DNA from: Paraspadella gotoi
Taxonomy: Eukaryota; Animalia; Chaetognatha
Assembly: GCA_051294375.1 (NCBI GenBank)
Contig: CM119269.1
Coordinates: 3,456,810 to 3,520,809, forward strand
Reading direction: 5' to 3'
Length of the DNA: 64,000 nucleotides
In this document: piece after piece, positions 53,636 through 64,000 of the stretch
Layout of the letters: each line of letters opens with the position of its first letter
Numbering within the stretch: the first letter of the stretch is position 1
Translations under genes and position numbers: made by a program
The notes under the pieces: generated by a model
Database searches by the model: none
Told to the model about the DNA's origin: nothing
What the model saw: only the letters and a program-made list of their open reading frames with translations

Positions 53636-54005
53636 NNNNNNNNNNNNNNNNNNNNNNNNNNNNNNNNNNNNNNNNNNNNNNNNNNNNNNNNNNNNNNNNN
53701 NNNNNNNNNNNNNNNNNNNNNNNNNNNNNNNNNNNNNNNNNNNNNNNNNNNNNNNNNNNNNNNNNNNNNNNNNNNNNNNNNNNNNNNNNNNNNNNNNNNN
53801 NNNNNNNNNNNNNNNNNNNNNNNNNNNNNNNNNNNNNNNNNNNNNNNNNNNNNNNNNNNNNNNNNNNNNNNNNNNNNNNNNNNNNNNNNNNNNNNNNNNN
53901 NNNNNNNNNNNNNNNNNNNNNNNNNNNNNNNNNNNNNNNNNNNNNNNNNNNNNNNNNNNNNNNNNNNNNNNNNNNNNNNNNNNNNNNNNNNNNNNNNNNN
54001 NNNNN
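53636..54005. other. 370-N gap; content can be read from ~39772-40095
   Basis: The flanks ttttttttactcg and aaaacaaaaacaaaacaaaaaacaaagaac match either side of that interval. Confidence 0.85.
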
Positions 54006-54562
54006 AAAAAAAAACAAAAACAAAACAAAAAACAAAGAACAAAAAAGTCACGATCGTTTCTTTGGATATTCTTTACACCTTTTACTATTCCCCCACTCAA
54101 GTTCTCTATTTAATTTAATTCTATTATATTTAATTTGGGTATCACTCTCCTAATATTCCCATGTCATGCCATGTCACATTGCTAATGCTCCTCTAGTGTA
54201 TCTCCACCGCCCTGCTCCAATTTCCCTTCCAATTCATTTGCCCTTCCTATTGACTTCAACCCCGCTTTTATTTTTTTTCCATTTCCTTTTTCAGTCCTTT
54301 TAAATCGTGTGTCACTTTTCTCTTTTTTTCCGGTGAATTTATTTTTTTGTCACCCTCGGTTATCACTTGACTCTCGTTGTGAATTTGAGAATTTCCGTTG
54401 CCTCGTCAACGACTGTTGTGATGCTTTCCTCCGCCATTGTCTTCGAAACGACCATTGCCGAGCGCACGTTTCCATGTGCGTAATTTATTGCCACGCCTAC
54501 TCGCGATGGCACTGCGTTCATAGGATTCTTCTCTCTCTCTCTCTCTCTCTCTCTTCTACTCT

Positions 54563-54627
<65 letters not shown>

Positions 54628-55779
54628 TTATCTCTTTCATTCCGCCGATTTCAATTTTCTTTTATTTTTCAGCAATAACCATTACATATTATGCCAAACG
54701 AGATTTTATGTGTTGACTATTATTGCTTGACGATCGGTTATTTTCGTCAATTGAACCATAACGCTTTATAAGAGAGAGAAAGGGGAAGGATTGATATTAA
54801 AGTTTTGACTTATATGCTTAACTGTCTCCTCCCCGTTCAGAGTCGCCGTCGATTTATCGTCTTCTGGTGACTTTTAGTATCGGAAGGCAGAGATGCTCTA
54901 ATCAGTTNNNNNNNNNNTTTTTTTATTCTTCCATTCTGGGATCTGATTTGTTTTTATATTTCTTGGCTGTTTCTTCGTCGTCTTCGTCGTCGTCTTCGTC
55001 GTCGTCTTCGTCCTAGTTTTAATCGTTGTCTTTGTCGTCGTGTTCATCGTCGGCGGCGTTTCTTCCTTTTAGGGCTAAAGTTAAATCTAGATACGCCCGG
55101 GCGGGTTTTTCAATCGGCGGGACCCTCCGGGCTTTCATCTTCCCGCCCTACTTTCCCTTGATTGTCTTTAATTTTTGAGAGATTTCAAAAATGCGGAAAA
55201 CAAAAAAAAAAAAAATTTTGTCGTACTTTCTGTTTCTGTTCTCTTCTTTGACGATTCTTTACAATTTACATTAATTGTTTGTTTGCTTCATTTTCATTTT
55301 CTTTTTTGTCTCCTTTTTCTCCCTTCCTCATTTTTTTCCTTTCATCTCCTTTCATTTTCCTCTTTTTTTCTTTTCTCTCTTCTTTCCCTTTCCTTTCTTT
55401 ATTCTTCCTTTTTCCTTCTTCCGGCGCCACCATACATTTTCCCGAATCCTTGAGCGAATCTCCAAAACACGTGACGTTTATGTCTTTACTCTACTTTCCT
55501 TTTTTTTTCTTCTTTCCATTTTTTTTTCATTCTTTTCTTTCCTTCCCTTCGATTTCCACTCCATTACACCATAACCGTAAGGAACTTATATTTCCTAACC
55601 TTCTCAAATGTTTTTATTGTCTCCGGCGAGAAAATTTTTTACCTACGATTGGTATTTGGTTGAAAATTGAAAGGATTATCCTCGAAGTATACATTTTTAA
55701 CCAATTCGGGAAAACTTCTCGCTCTCACCGTCCCAACACTCTATTTTGTCTCTGAAATACGATACGTATTTTTTTTCTC

Positions 55780-56230
55780 TCGCCCACGAAGCCAAGAGAC
55801 GCGAAGCCACTAATGGAAGCGTCAAGGCCTGGAAAGCCTTCGTCATGCTATGGACGTGAAAGCAACCAGTGAAGCCAATTGCCATTGCGGACATGATGGC
55901 ATTGCCATTGCTTGCTCCTTTGCCATCGCCAACTTCATGGACATAGTCGACAATAGTTAACACTTTTGTCACACGAACATTTATCACGGAACTTCGATGG
56001 ATCACAATAACATTTTTAGCTACAAATTCTAGTTTAAAATTCACTTCATCATATGTTTTATACATAATCAAGAGATTCATATATACCACCCCTTCAAGCG
56101 CCAACGCCGTGACAAATCCACCCGCGATCCAAGAACAAGTTTCTTCGCCTCCTTCACTTCCTCCTCCGCTTCCTTCTCCTCCTCCTCTTCCTCCTCCTCT
56201 TCCTCCTCCTTACATTTCGTCGACAAAAGA
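55780..56230. other. Coding-like island, strand and frame unresolved
   Basis: 135-aa ORF on the minus strand (55697-56104). On plus, AKRREATNGSVKAWKAFVMLWT* and a Pro-rich TTPSSANAVTNPPAIQEQVSSPPSLPPPLP stretch. Confidence 0.25.
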
Positions 56231-56618
56231 TTTTTTTTTCTTTTGTTTCTTCTTTTTCTTCCTTGAAAAAAAATTCATGTAAAAAGGTTTTTTTTTTTGT
56301 ACTTTTTTCCGTCTTTTCTTTTTTTTTTTTCGATCCAACAAAAATTGGATCTGATTAACGACGAGAGTTTAAACTTTTAATTTTTAAAATTAAATGTAAA
56401 GACTGAAATACAAAAAAAAAATTATTCACTGACTGTAGAGGTTAAAAAAATGTATTGAGAATTACAGTTCAGTTTTTCTGCTGAATACTAAAGAGACAAA
56501 GTTTCATTTACCATCTCTGGAACAAAAACCCGAGCCATAATTTTGAACAACCGTTTCTTTTTTGCCAATTTTTTTTTCTTCCAAACTTGAAAATATGTCC
56601 AGTCCAATTGACCTAAAG

Positions 56619-56726
56619 AAATCTTTGGCGTCACGTTGCTAAGCGAAGCAGCTACCCCTGGAGCTGTAGGAACGCCAGCTGTGACAGAGACAGCAGCCTC
56701 AGCCGTGACAGATGCAGCGCAAGCGG
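56619..56726 (+). CDS. Possible small exon (VTLLSEAATPGAVGTPAVTETAASAVTDAAQA or an alternative frame)
   Basis: GC-rich block. The donor reads gcg|GTAAGT in the copy at ~42920 and gtagt here. Two + frames are open. Confidence 0.35.
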
Positions 56727-57119
56727 TAGTAAAACCCCAAATTATGTCTTTCGTGTCTTTTGAACGAGAAAAAAAAAATAAAAAGCTCACGAAATGTTTA
56801 CTTGGAAGAACCAGGAAATTCGGAGCACGTGGTTCACTCGTCTCGCTTCTAAAAACCCAAAATTTATTTTATTTTATTTTTTTTTAAATTTTTAAATGTT
56901 AAATGTTGATTAAAAATTCTTGCACGGATTATTTTTTTTTCTGCATTTCTAGTTGTTCCTACTTGGTAAACAGGCGAAGTGGTCCTTTTTTAAATTTTCT
57001 ATCATCGCAAACTCTTTTAAATCTGTCGGCGCTTTTAATTTGAAAGAAAAAAAAATCTCCGGTATTCTCACTTAAAAGTTTGTCCGTTATCACCCACGAA
57101 ATCACCATTGACACCACCG

Positions 57120-57223
<104 letters not shown>

Positions 57224-58335
57224 ACCTAATTCTTTGGATTTTTTTCCCAATTTGATGAAAGGTTTTGCCTTTACTTTATCGGTTTCACAAACTTTTAAAA
57301 GGTTCACCGCTTTAATAGTCAATTTTGCGTTACTTTACTTCTTCCCGAGTTTTATTCTTTAGCCGTCAAGTAAAAAAATGGTTAAAAACGGATTCTTAAC
57401 TTTTTTCTTTCTTTCTTTCTTTCTTTATTTTCATCCGGAAACATTGGAAACACTTAATTTAAGAGGGCGGGCATCTTGTTGCGAAGGATTAAACCTTGTT
57501 TGCAAGCGGAAAAAAAAATAATTTGTTGTAAAAATTAAATTATTATATGGTGAAAATGGTTTTTTTTTTTAAAAGTTTTAATGAGATTTTGCCACTTTGT
57601 CTTCGGCTGTTTCTTTTTACTGCACGTGGAGCCTTTAAATTGCTCCAAACCTTTTTGCAAAAATTAGAATAAAAAGTAAATGAACAGAAAAATGAAACAA
57701 TAAAAAAAGTTTTTTTTTGTAAAAAAAATCATTTTTTTATCTCCCAAAAACTGAAGCCACACGTTTTTCCAGCTCGAGTGCTTCCACTTCGAATTTGGCA
57801 TTCCGCTGTTTTAACAGATTATCTTTGGCGCCATTTTTCCCCCAACATTTTAGTTGGACTTTTGAAAAAAAAATTGGTGCCTAAAATAGAGTAGAGGTGT
57901 AAATTTTTCTTCATTCTCATATTCGAGAGAGGATCTTTTTTTTTTTTTTTTTGCTACATTCTCATCTTTAAAGGATTTGCGAAAAAGTCGATGAGTGAAA
58001 ACGACCAACCAAAAAAAAAATCAATACGAGACAGAGAAATGTGAAACGAGATAAAAAAACTCTTCGTGAGAAAATGGGAGAATTGAACAAAAAAAGTCGC
58101 GAAAAGCAAAAAGGAAAAAAAATTCGAAATCAATATTTTGGGAAGAGAATCAACTTTTCATTTTGGATCGTCCAATCAAACGAAAGTGCAATCGACCAAT
58201 GAAATGATCTGAATGACGACATGTCCGCACAAATATCAGGTGATTATCAAACTCTTTTTAGAACCGCTTATACTTTTATAAACGAATAAAAAATTTCAAT
58301 CGAATAAAGACACAATTTTGACGAAAATTTTATGA

Positions 58336-58398
58336 TTTTATGATTTACAATCTGATCTTTCTCTTCTCCATTCCCATTCCAAATTCAATCCGCCGCCT

Positions 58399-58493
<95 letters not shown>

Positions 58494-59652
58494 TTTTCTC
58501 CCAGACCACGCCTTGGACGACGATTCTGTCGCTTCTCTTAAAAATTCTATCCTGGCGTTGTTCTCGACTCTGGACAGAGACGGCGCCGGGCGCCCTTTGA
58601 GCGGCGTGCTGGAGGACGGACGTCGCCGCGGTTCGACTCCGGGTCGACGACTCGAGAACGCCGGGAGCGCCGGTAGTGCGAGATCGACGCCGCCCCGTCA
58701 CGCGGATTCGTGGAAGCCTTCTCCGCCGACAACGATGACGGGATACGACCGGCGTCGTTCGTCGATCGCGGAGTCGGCGCCATCTTCAGATGCCGACTTT
58801 TGGCGCCGGTTTCCACCAAGTTCCGATTCCGGTCACCGATCGCCGTTGACTCTCGATCGATCGCGTTTGACCGGGACTAAATCGCCGCTGACCTATCCGG
58901 CTTCGCCATTGACGAGTACGTCGTCGTCGTCGTCGTCGTCGTTGACGTCTTTTCCCGCTGCTCAGTCCGCGGCAATCTTTCCTTTGCCCTCCTTAGACTC
59001 TAAGCGTCAGCGCCATCCTTGCGTCACTGCCGTTGGAGCCGCGCCTCAGGTCAACGTCGGCAGCGTCACTCTGCGCCACGGCGTCTCACGCGGCGTCGCC
59101 TGTCGCGCTGCTCCCGACCGACGCCTGATTCCCACGATTCAAGGTCAAACTCAACCGGCGCCGCTAATCAGACCTTTTCCCGTTTACGCCGAAGGAAGGA
59201 CCTCGGCGCCGAGGATCGAAAACGGCGCCTTCTTCGTTTCCGGCGTCGTCGATCGCGTCGATGATTTCCTCAAAGACGGCGGCGCCAAATACCACGCCGG
59301 ATTGATCGAGAGATTCGACGAAGACGCCGCCAATAACAATCGCAACGAGGTTAATCGCGTCAGAAATTCGTACTTTTCTCTCGTGGAAACACCAGCGCCT
59401 CTTGCACCGAGGACGCCGACCACGCCGACCACGCCGACGCCTCAGACGACCAAAGTGACGAAGGTGACGTCGTATCCTTTGAATTGGTCGCCGCCGCCTT
59501 CGAAGAGGGCGTCGTTTCGACGGCGCCGATCCGAAGCGGCGACGCCGACGCCGGATGACGACGACGACGACGACAGGATTAGCGATGGAAGCAGCACGCC
59601 GGAAGCTAATCGGAGGTTGGAAGGGAAAAAGGCTGTGTTTGGAAATGTTTAA
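58336..59652 (+). CDS. Large, probably terminal exon (>430 codons open) of an unrecognised Pro/Ser/Thr/Arg-rich protein
   Basis: Frame open from just after TGA 58333-58335, through HSKFN, poly-Pro and TTTFLPDHALDDDSVASLKNS, to KKAVFGNV-TAA. GC-rich against an AT-rich background. No N-terminal ATG, so the 5' boundary (acceptor) is uncertain; ctcccAG at 58504 is one option. Confidence 0.78.
58390..58485 (+). repeat. Near-pure (CCG)n tract, 32 Pro codons in frame
   Basis: 96 nt with one CCT interruption. Confidence 0.9.
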
Positions 59653-60527
59653 ATAGAATGAATTGTATAAGGATATAATGTATAAATTATTTGTTAAATT
59701 TACGTAGGCTAACAGTAGCGCTAAGGCTGGCCTACCCTAATTTTTCACGGGCTGCTCGTCTTTAACTTCATACGTTGTTCTTGCGAATATTCTATAGTAT
59801 AACAACCAAAATTTTGGATCTGACGTAGAAAACTTTGGTTTTTTCGTCCTTTGTAATATTCATGGGTTGAAAAAAAAAATCGGATTAGCAGTTTCCCGTT
59901 TTCGTCTACTTTGCGTCTTTCCACTTTCTTTTTTCTTTTCTTTTCTCTTTTCTTTTCGTTTTTCTTTTTTTTTCTTTCTTTCTGCGGACTCTAGAACTTT
60001 CCCTCGGGTTTTCTCCCTTCTTTTTTCCGCTGGATGAATTTCGTTTACTCCTTTCATTCACTTTTTCTTTCTCCTTCTTATTCTCATGGGGTTCGTTCCT
60101 TTCCTCTTTTTTTAAAAAAAACATTTTGAACTAAAACTTTTTCCGCTCTGTCCCAGGCTCCGTTGATTTTATTTATTTTATTCATTTAGGCGATTATCTT
60201 TACATTTTTTTTAATTCAATTTCCCTTATCGGTTGCCAAACTTCCTTCTTTTCTTCTTTCCTTTATTCCTCCATTCTCCCCTCTACTCATTTTCTCTCCC
60301 AACTGCTCCTGCTTTCTCAGCTCCAATGAGTCATGATTCCCGCGCCCCAAATGACTTTCGCTTGTTGGTTTTCCTCTTCCTCCCTCTGGCTCCTCCTCTT
60401 CCTCCTCTTGCTTCTCTTCCTCCTCCTCCGCCCCCTCCTCTTCTCGATTCTCTTAGTTCTCCTCCTCCTCAAAGGGTGGCACCAACTCCGTCTGTGGGTC
60501 AACATTAATCCTCTCTTTGGTTTCCTT

Positions 60528-60559
<32 letters not shown>

Positions 60560-61256
60560 NNNNNNNNNNNNNNNNNNNNNNNNNCCACTCTCATCAACTT
60601 CCCCGCAGCGCGACTCTTGGCCCCTTGGCGCGAGGCAGACTATCTTGCGCTCGAATTTTCTTCATGCTTCTTGCTATCTTTCTGAGTTTCTGTCTCCCTT
60701 TTCGCTTTTTTTTTCTGGTTTTGTCTTGATAGCAATCTCTCTTTCTTTCTCTCTCTCTCTCTCTCCCTCCTCTCTTCGTACTTCACTCTCCTCTCTCACT
60801 CTCTTCTTCTCTCTCTCTCCTTTTCTCTCTTTCTCACTCTTTGTTCTTTGTGTTCAGTGCTTTCTACTTATATTCTCATCAAAAGGAAGAGGAGTCAGGC
60901 TTCTGCAAAGTTCCACAATACTTCTTCCAAGGATGGAAACTCTTAACCGTTTTCTCTCTAGTAATCATAACCATAGGATTTCTTTCTATGAAATTTATTT
61001 GATTTTTTTTTTCAACTTTTTTACGACCTTAGTCCATTTAAACCTGCCTAACTTTTCTCTTTCATCTCTTATTCTCGCAGTAATATTACGTCCCTAGTTT
61101 TTTGATTCTTGAATTAATTTTCGTCATCCTTTTGAGCCTTTTTTATTTTTCGATTTACCTCTCCCACCCCCACAACTGCCCTTCCCGCACATCTCTATCC
61201 AGAATCAGCTCTCTATCAATCTCACCCCAAACCGTCTTTAAACTTCTCCGGATTTC

Positions 61257-61824
61257 GGCTCAAATCTTCCTCGTCCTTAAGTTCAAGGCGATTCGGTGTA
61301 TCCGATGGTTCGAGTTATATTAAATATGGCTTTCATCTTTTTCCTTTCTTTTTTGGGTCTTTTTTTATCTCTTTGGAGCGTTATATACCAGTCTTTGTCA
61401 TTGAGACTTTGGAGAATAAATATGAGACATTCGCTATTACTGGCAATCGCTAGGCATGTGTTGATAATTCACAGCATTGAGGTTATAATTACGTTAAATG
61501 TACAATTTTGTACATACTACAAAAGTACACAAGAACTACTAAAGATAAAGAACCCAAGAAAAAAAGCAAACAAGTGTGAATCGATTGAATGGTTCAAATC
61601 GTTAGTTTAAATCTACATTATTAAGCTTCAAAAGTAAATATTTAGATGGTAATACATAACATAAAGAAGACGAATTATATAAAACGGGCATGTTGTATTA
61701 AAGCAAAAGGCTTGGATTTATGGGAGATTACAATATTTCAACATTATGTGGACCTAATTTGATTTGTAGTAGTAGAGAAGAAAGAGGAGAGAGAAGAGCA
61801 GAGCAGACGAGAGAGAGAGACGAG

Positions 61825-61857
<33 letters not shown>

Positions 61858-62614
61858 TTGATAAGTTCTACGAACGAAAGTAATGTGTTTAAACTGAAGA
61901 TTTGGTTAGGTTCTGTAGTTGATTTTTTTTTTTTATCTCAAGCGATTTTGTCTTTAAGACCTGTCTAAATTAAACTGTTTTGAACTCGAAAAAAATCCCA
62001 AGTACACACTAAAACGAGAGTTAATGCGTACGTCAAACGGCGATTAAAATGATATACGACGTGAGAGTTTGGGCCAATCTGCCAAAAATATCGATAAAAG
62101 AGAGGAAGAGAAGGAGAAGCAGTTCGTTTAACTTTTGATGGCCAGTCCTTGTTTTCGGAAGATCCCTCTTAGTGGGGATCGAGGAAGAATATATAGAGAT
62201 TTCTTATGTTAAAATTCTTACCAAATAGAGGCAAAAATAAATGATAAGTAACGAATCGGAAAAAGAGTTTTTTTTTTCACGAAAAAGAGACCAAAAAGTT
62301 TTTTGAAAATTATTTGGTTGGTCGCTTCTTTTTTTTAAAAAAGTCTGCAGAAAAGGAGGACTAATGGAGAACAATGAAAAACAATAAAAGGAGGAGGAAG
62401 AGAAGGAGCACAATGAGGATTAAGGAGAAGGAGGAGGAGGGAGTGGAGGAAGAGGAAAGAAGAAAAAAAGAAGGATGGATATTGAACTAGGGGAGAATTA
62501 GAATGCGCGAGCGAAAAGTGGGTATGGGAGGGAGGAAAGGTGGGTGAAAAAGAAGGAGAGAGGAAAGAGAAGGAGAGAGATAGAGAGGAGAGAAGATAGA
62601 GAGAGAAGAGAAAG

Positions 62615-62658
<44 letters not shown>

Positions 62659-63424
62659 AGAGAAGACGGAGAGGAAGAGAGAAAGAGAGAGAGAGAGAAA
62701 AGGAGAGAGAGAGAGAAAGAAGAAGAGAGAGTGAAGAAAGAGAGAAGAGAGAAGAAAGAGAGAGAGAGAGAGAGGAGTAGATAGATTCAACTCCCGTAAC
62801 GAAAGTTGTCGCGGAGCTAACAAGGAACAGACCGACCGAAGCGAAGGAGTGGGAAGTAACAGGAGAAGAGAGAGAGAGAGTGAAAGAGAGAGAGAGAGAG
62901 AGGAGTGAATCTCCTTAACTCCTCATTGTGCTCCTTCTCTTCCTCCTCCTTTTATTGTTTTTCATTGTTCCTCCATTAGTCCTCCTTTCTGCAGACTTTT
63001 TTAAAAAAAGAAGCGACCAACCAAAAATTTCAAAAAACTTTTTGGTCTCTTTTCGTGAAAAAAAAACTCTTTTTCGATTCGTTACTATCATTTATTTTTG
63101 CTCTATTTTTGGTAAGAATTTTAAACATAAGAAATCTCTATATATCTTCCTCGATCCCAACTAAGAGGATCTTCCGAAAACAAGGACTGGCATCAAAAGT
63201 TAAACGACGCTCTCTTCTCTCTTCTCTCGTTTTATCGATATTTTTGGCAATTGGCCCAAACTTCACGTCGTATATCATTTTTTTTTTGACGCAACTCTCG
63301 TTTTTGGTACTTGGGATTTTTTTCGAGTTCAAAACAGTTTAAAGACGCTAAACAAAATCGTAAAAAAACAACAAACCAACCAAATCTTCATTTAGAAACA
63401 CATACTTCGTTCGTAAAAATTATA

Positions 63425-63459
<35 letters not shown>

Positions 63460-64000
63460 GCTCTGCTCTTCTCTCTCCTCTTTCTTCTCTACTACTACAA
63501 ATCAAATTAGGTCCACATAATGTTGAAATATTGTAATCTCCCATAAATCCAAGCCTTTTGCTTTAATACAACATGCCCGTTTTATATAATTCGTCTTCTT
63601 TATGTTATGTATTACCATCTAAATATTTACTTTTGAAGCTTAATAATGTAGATTTAAACTAACGATTTGAACATTCAATCGAATCAAACGTTGCTTTTTT
63701 TCTTTTTCTTTATCTTTAGTAGTTCTTGTACTTTGTAGTATGTACAAAATTGTACATTTACGTAATTATTACCTCAATGCTGTGAATTATCAATTATCAA
63801 TTTTCAGCCAAGCGATTTCCGTAAATGTTCAATTGTTCATATTTATTCAAAATCTCATGACAAAGACTGGGATTTATAAGTCCAAAGAGATAAAAAAAGA
63901 CCCAAAAAAGAAAGGAAAAAAAAGGAAAGCCATTAAATTCTCGCATCGGGATTTATTTCACCGAATTTCGTTGAACTTAAGGACGGGGAAGATTTGAGGC
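61257..64000. repeat. Imperfect inverted repeat, arms ~61257-62430 and ~62908-64000 (runs off the window), purine-rich spacer
   Basis: aagtctgcagaaaaggaggactaatggag (62341) pairs with ctccattagtcctcctttctgcagactt (~62971). caaatcttcctcgtccttaagttcaa (61261) pairs with ttgaacttaaggacggggaagatttg (~63972). Confidence 0.92.

Noticed and set aside
55782-55860. bHLH-like motif (HEAKRREA...GLESLR)
   Set aside because: It needs a frameshift, the spacing does not fit Mlx/Max-type helix 1, and no second helix follows.
58340-58701. Poly-Arg ORFs on both strands
   Set aside because: Alternative frames of the (CCG)n tract. The Pro frame is continuous with the long ORF.
59704-59735. Small stem-loop gtaggc...gcctac downstream of the stop codon
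   Set aside because: Only a 6-8 bp stem with no SECIS, histone or Helitron consensus; compatible with chance.
60233-60508. Pro-rich 91-aa ORF
   Set aside because: Derived from (CCT)n-rich sequence, with a TTG start and no splice support.

Overview
AT-rich eukaryotic scaffold, probably an invertebrate animal (inferred from GT-AG introns, abundant CpG, and dense (AG)n and (ACG)n microsatellites). It contains 11 N-gaps, eight of them exactly 25 N. I found no rRNA, tRNA, CRISPR array, transposase or confidently nameable gene. The main signal is structural: the 64 kb appear to collapse to roughly 25-30 kb of unique sequence (estimate by eye), present in 2-5 direct or inverted copies whose breakpoints sit at the 25-N gaps. 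One 6.37-kb inverted repeat (39236-45605 / 47179-53548) shows no net indel and carries the same frameshifts in both arms. The best explanation is long-read gap filling that inserted overfilled, swapped or reverse-complemented extensions, not a real palindrome or amplification system. The underlying locus has two well-supported coding exons of unrecognised low-complexity proteins (6275-7089 + and about 58336-59652 +), several weaker exons, signs of two haplotypes and a few candidate regulatory motifs. I found no convincing novel biological system. Repeat boundaries are approximate unless stated as exact.
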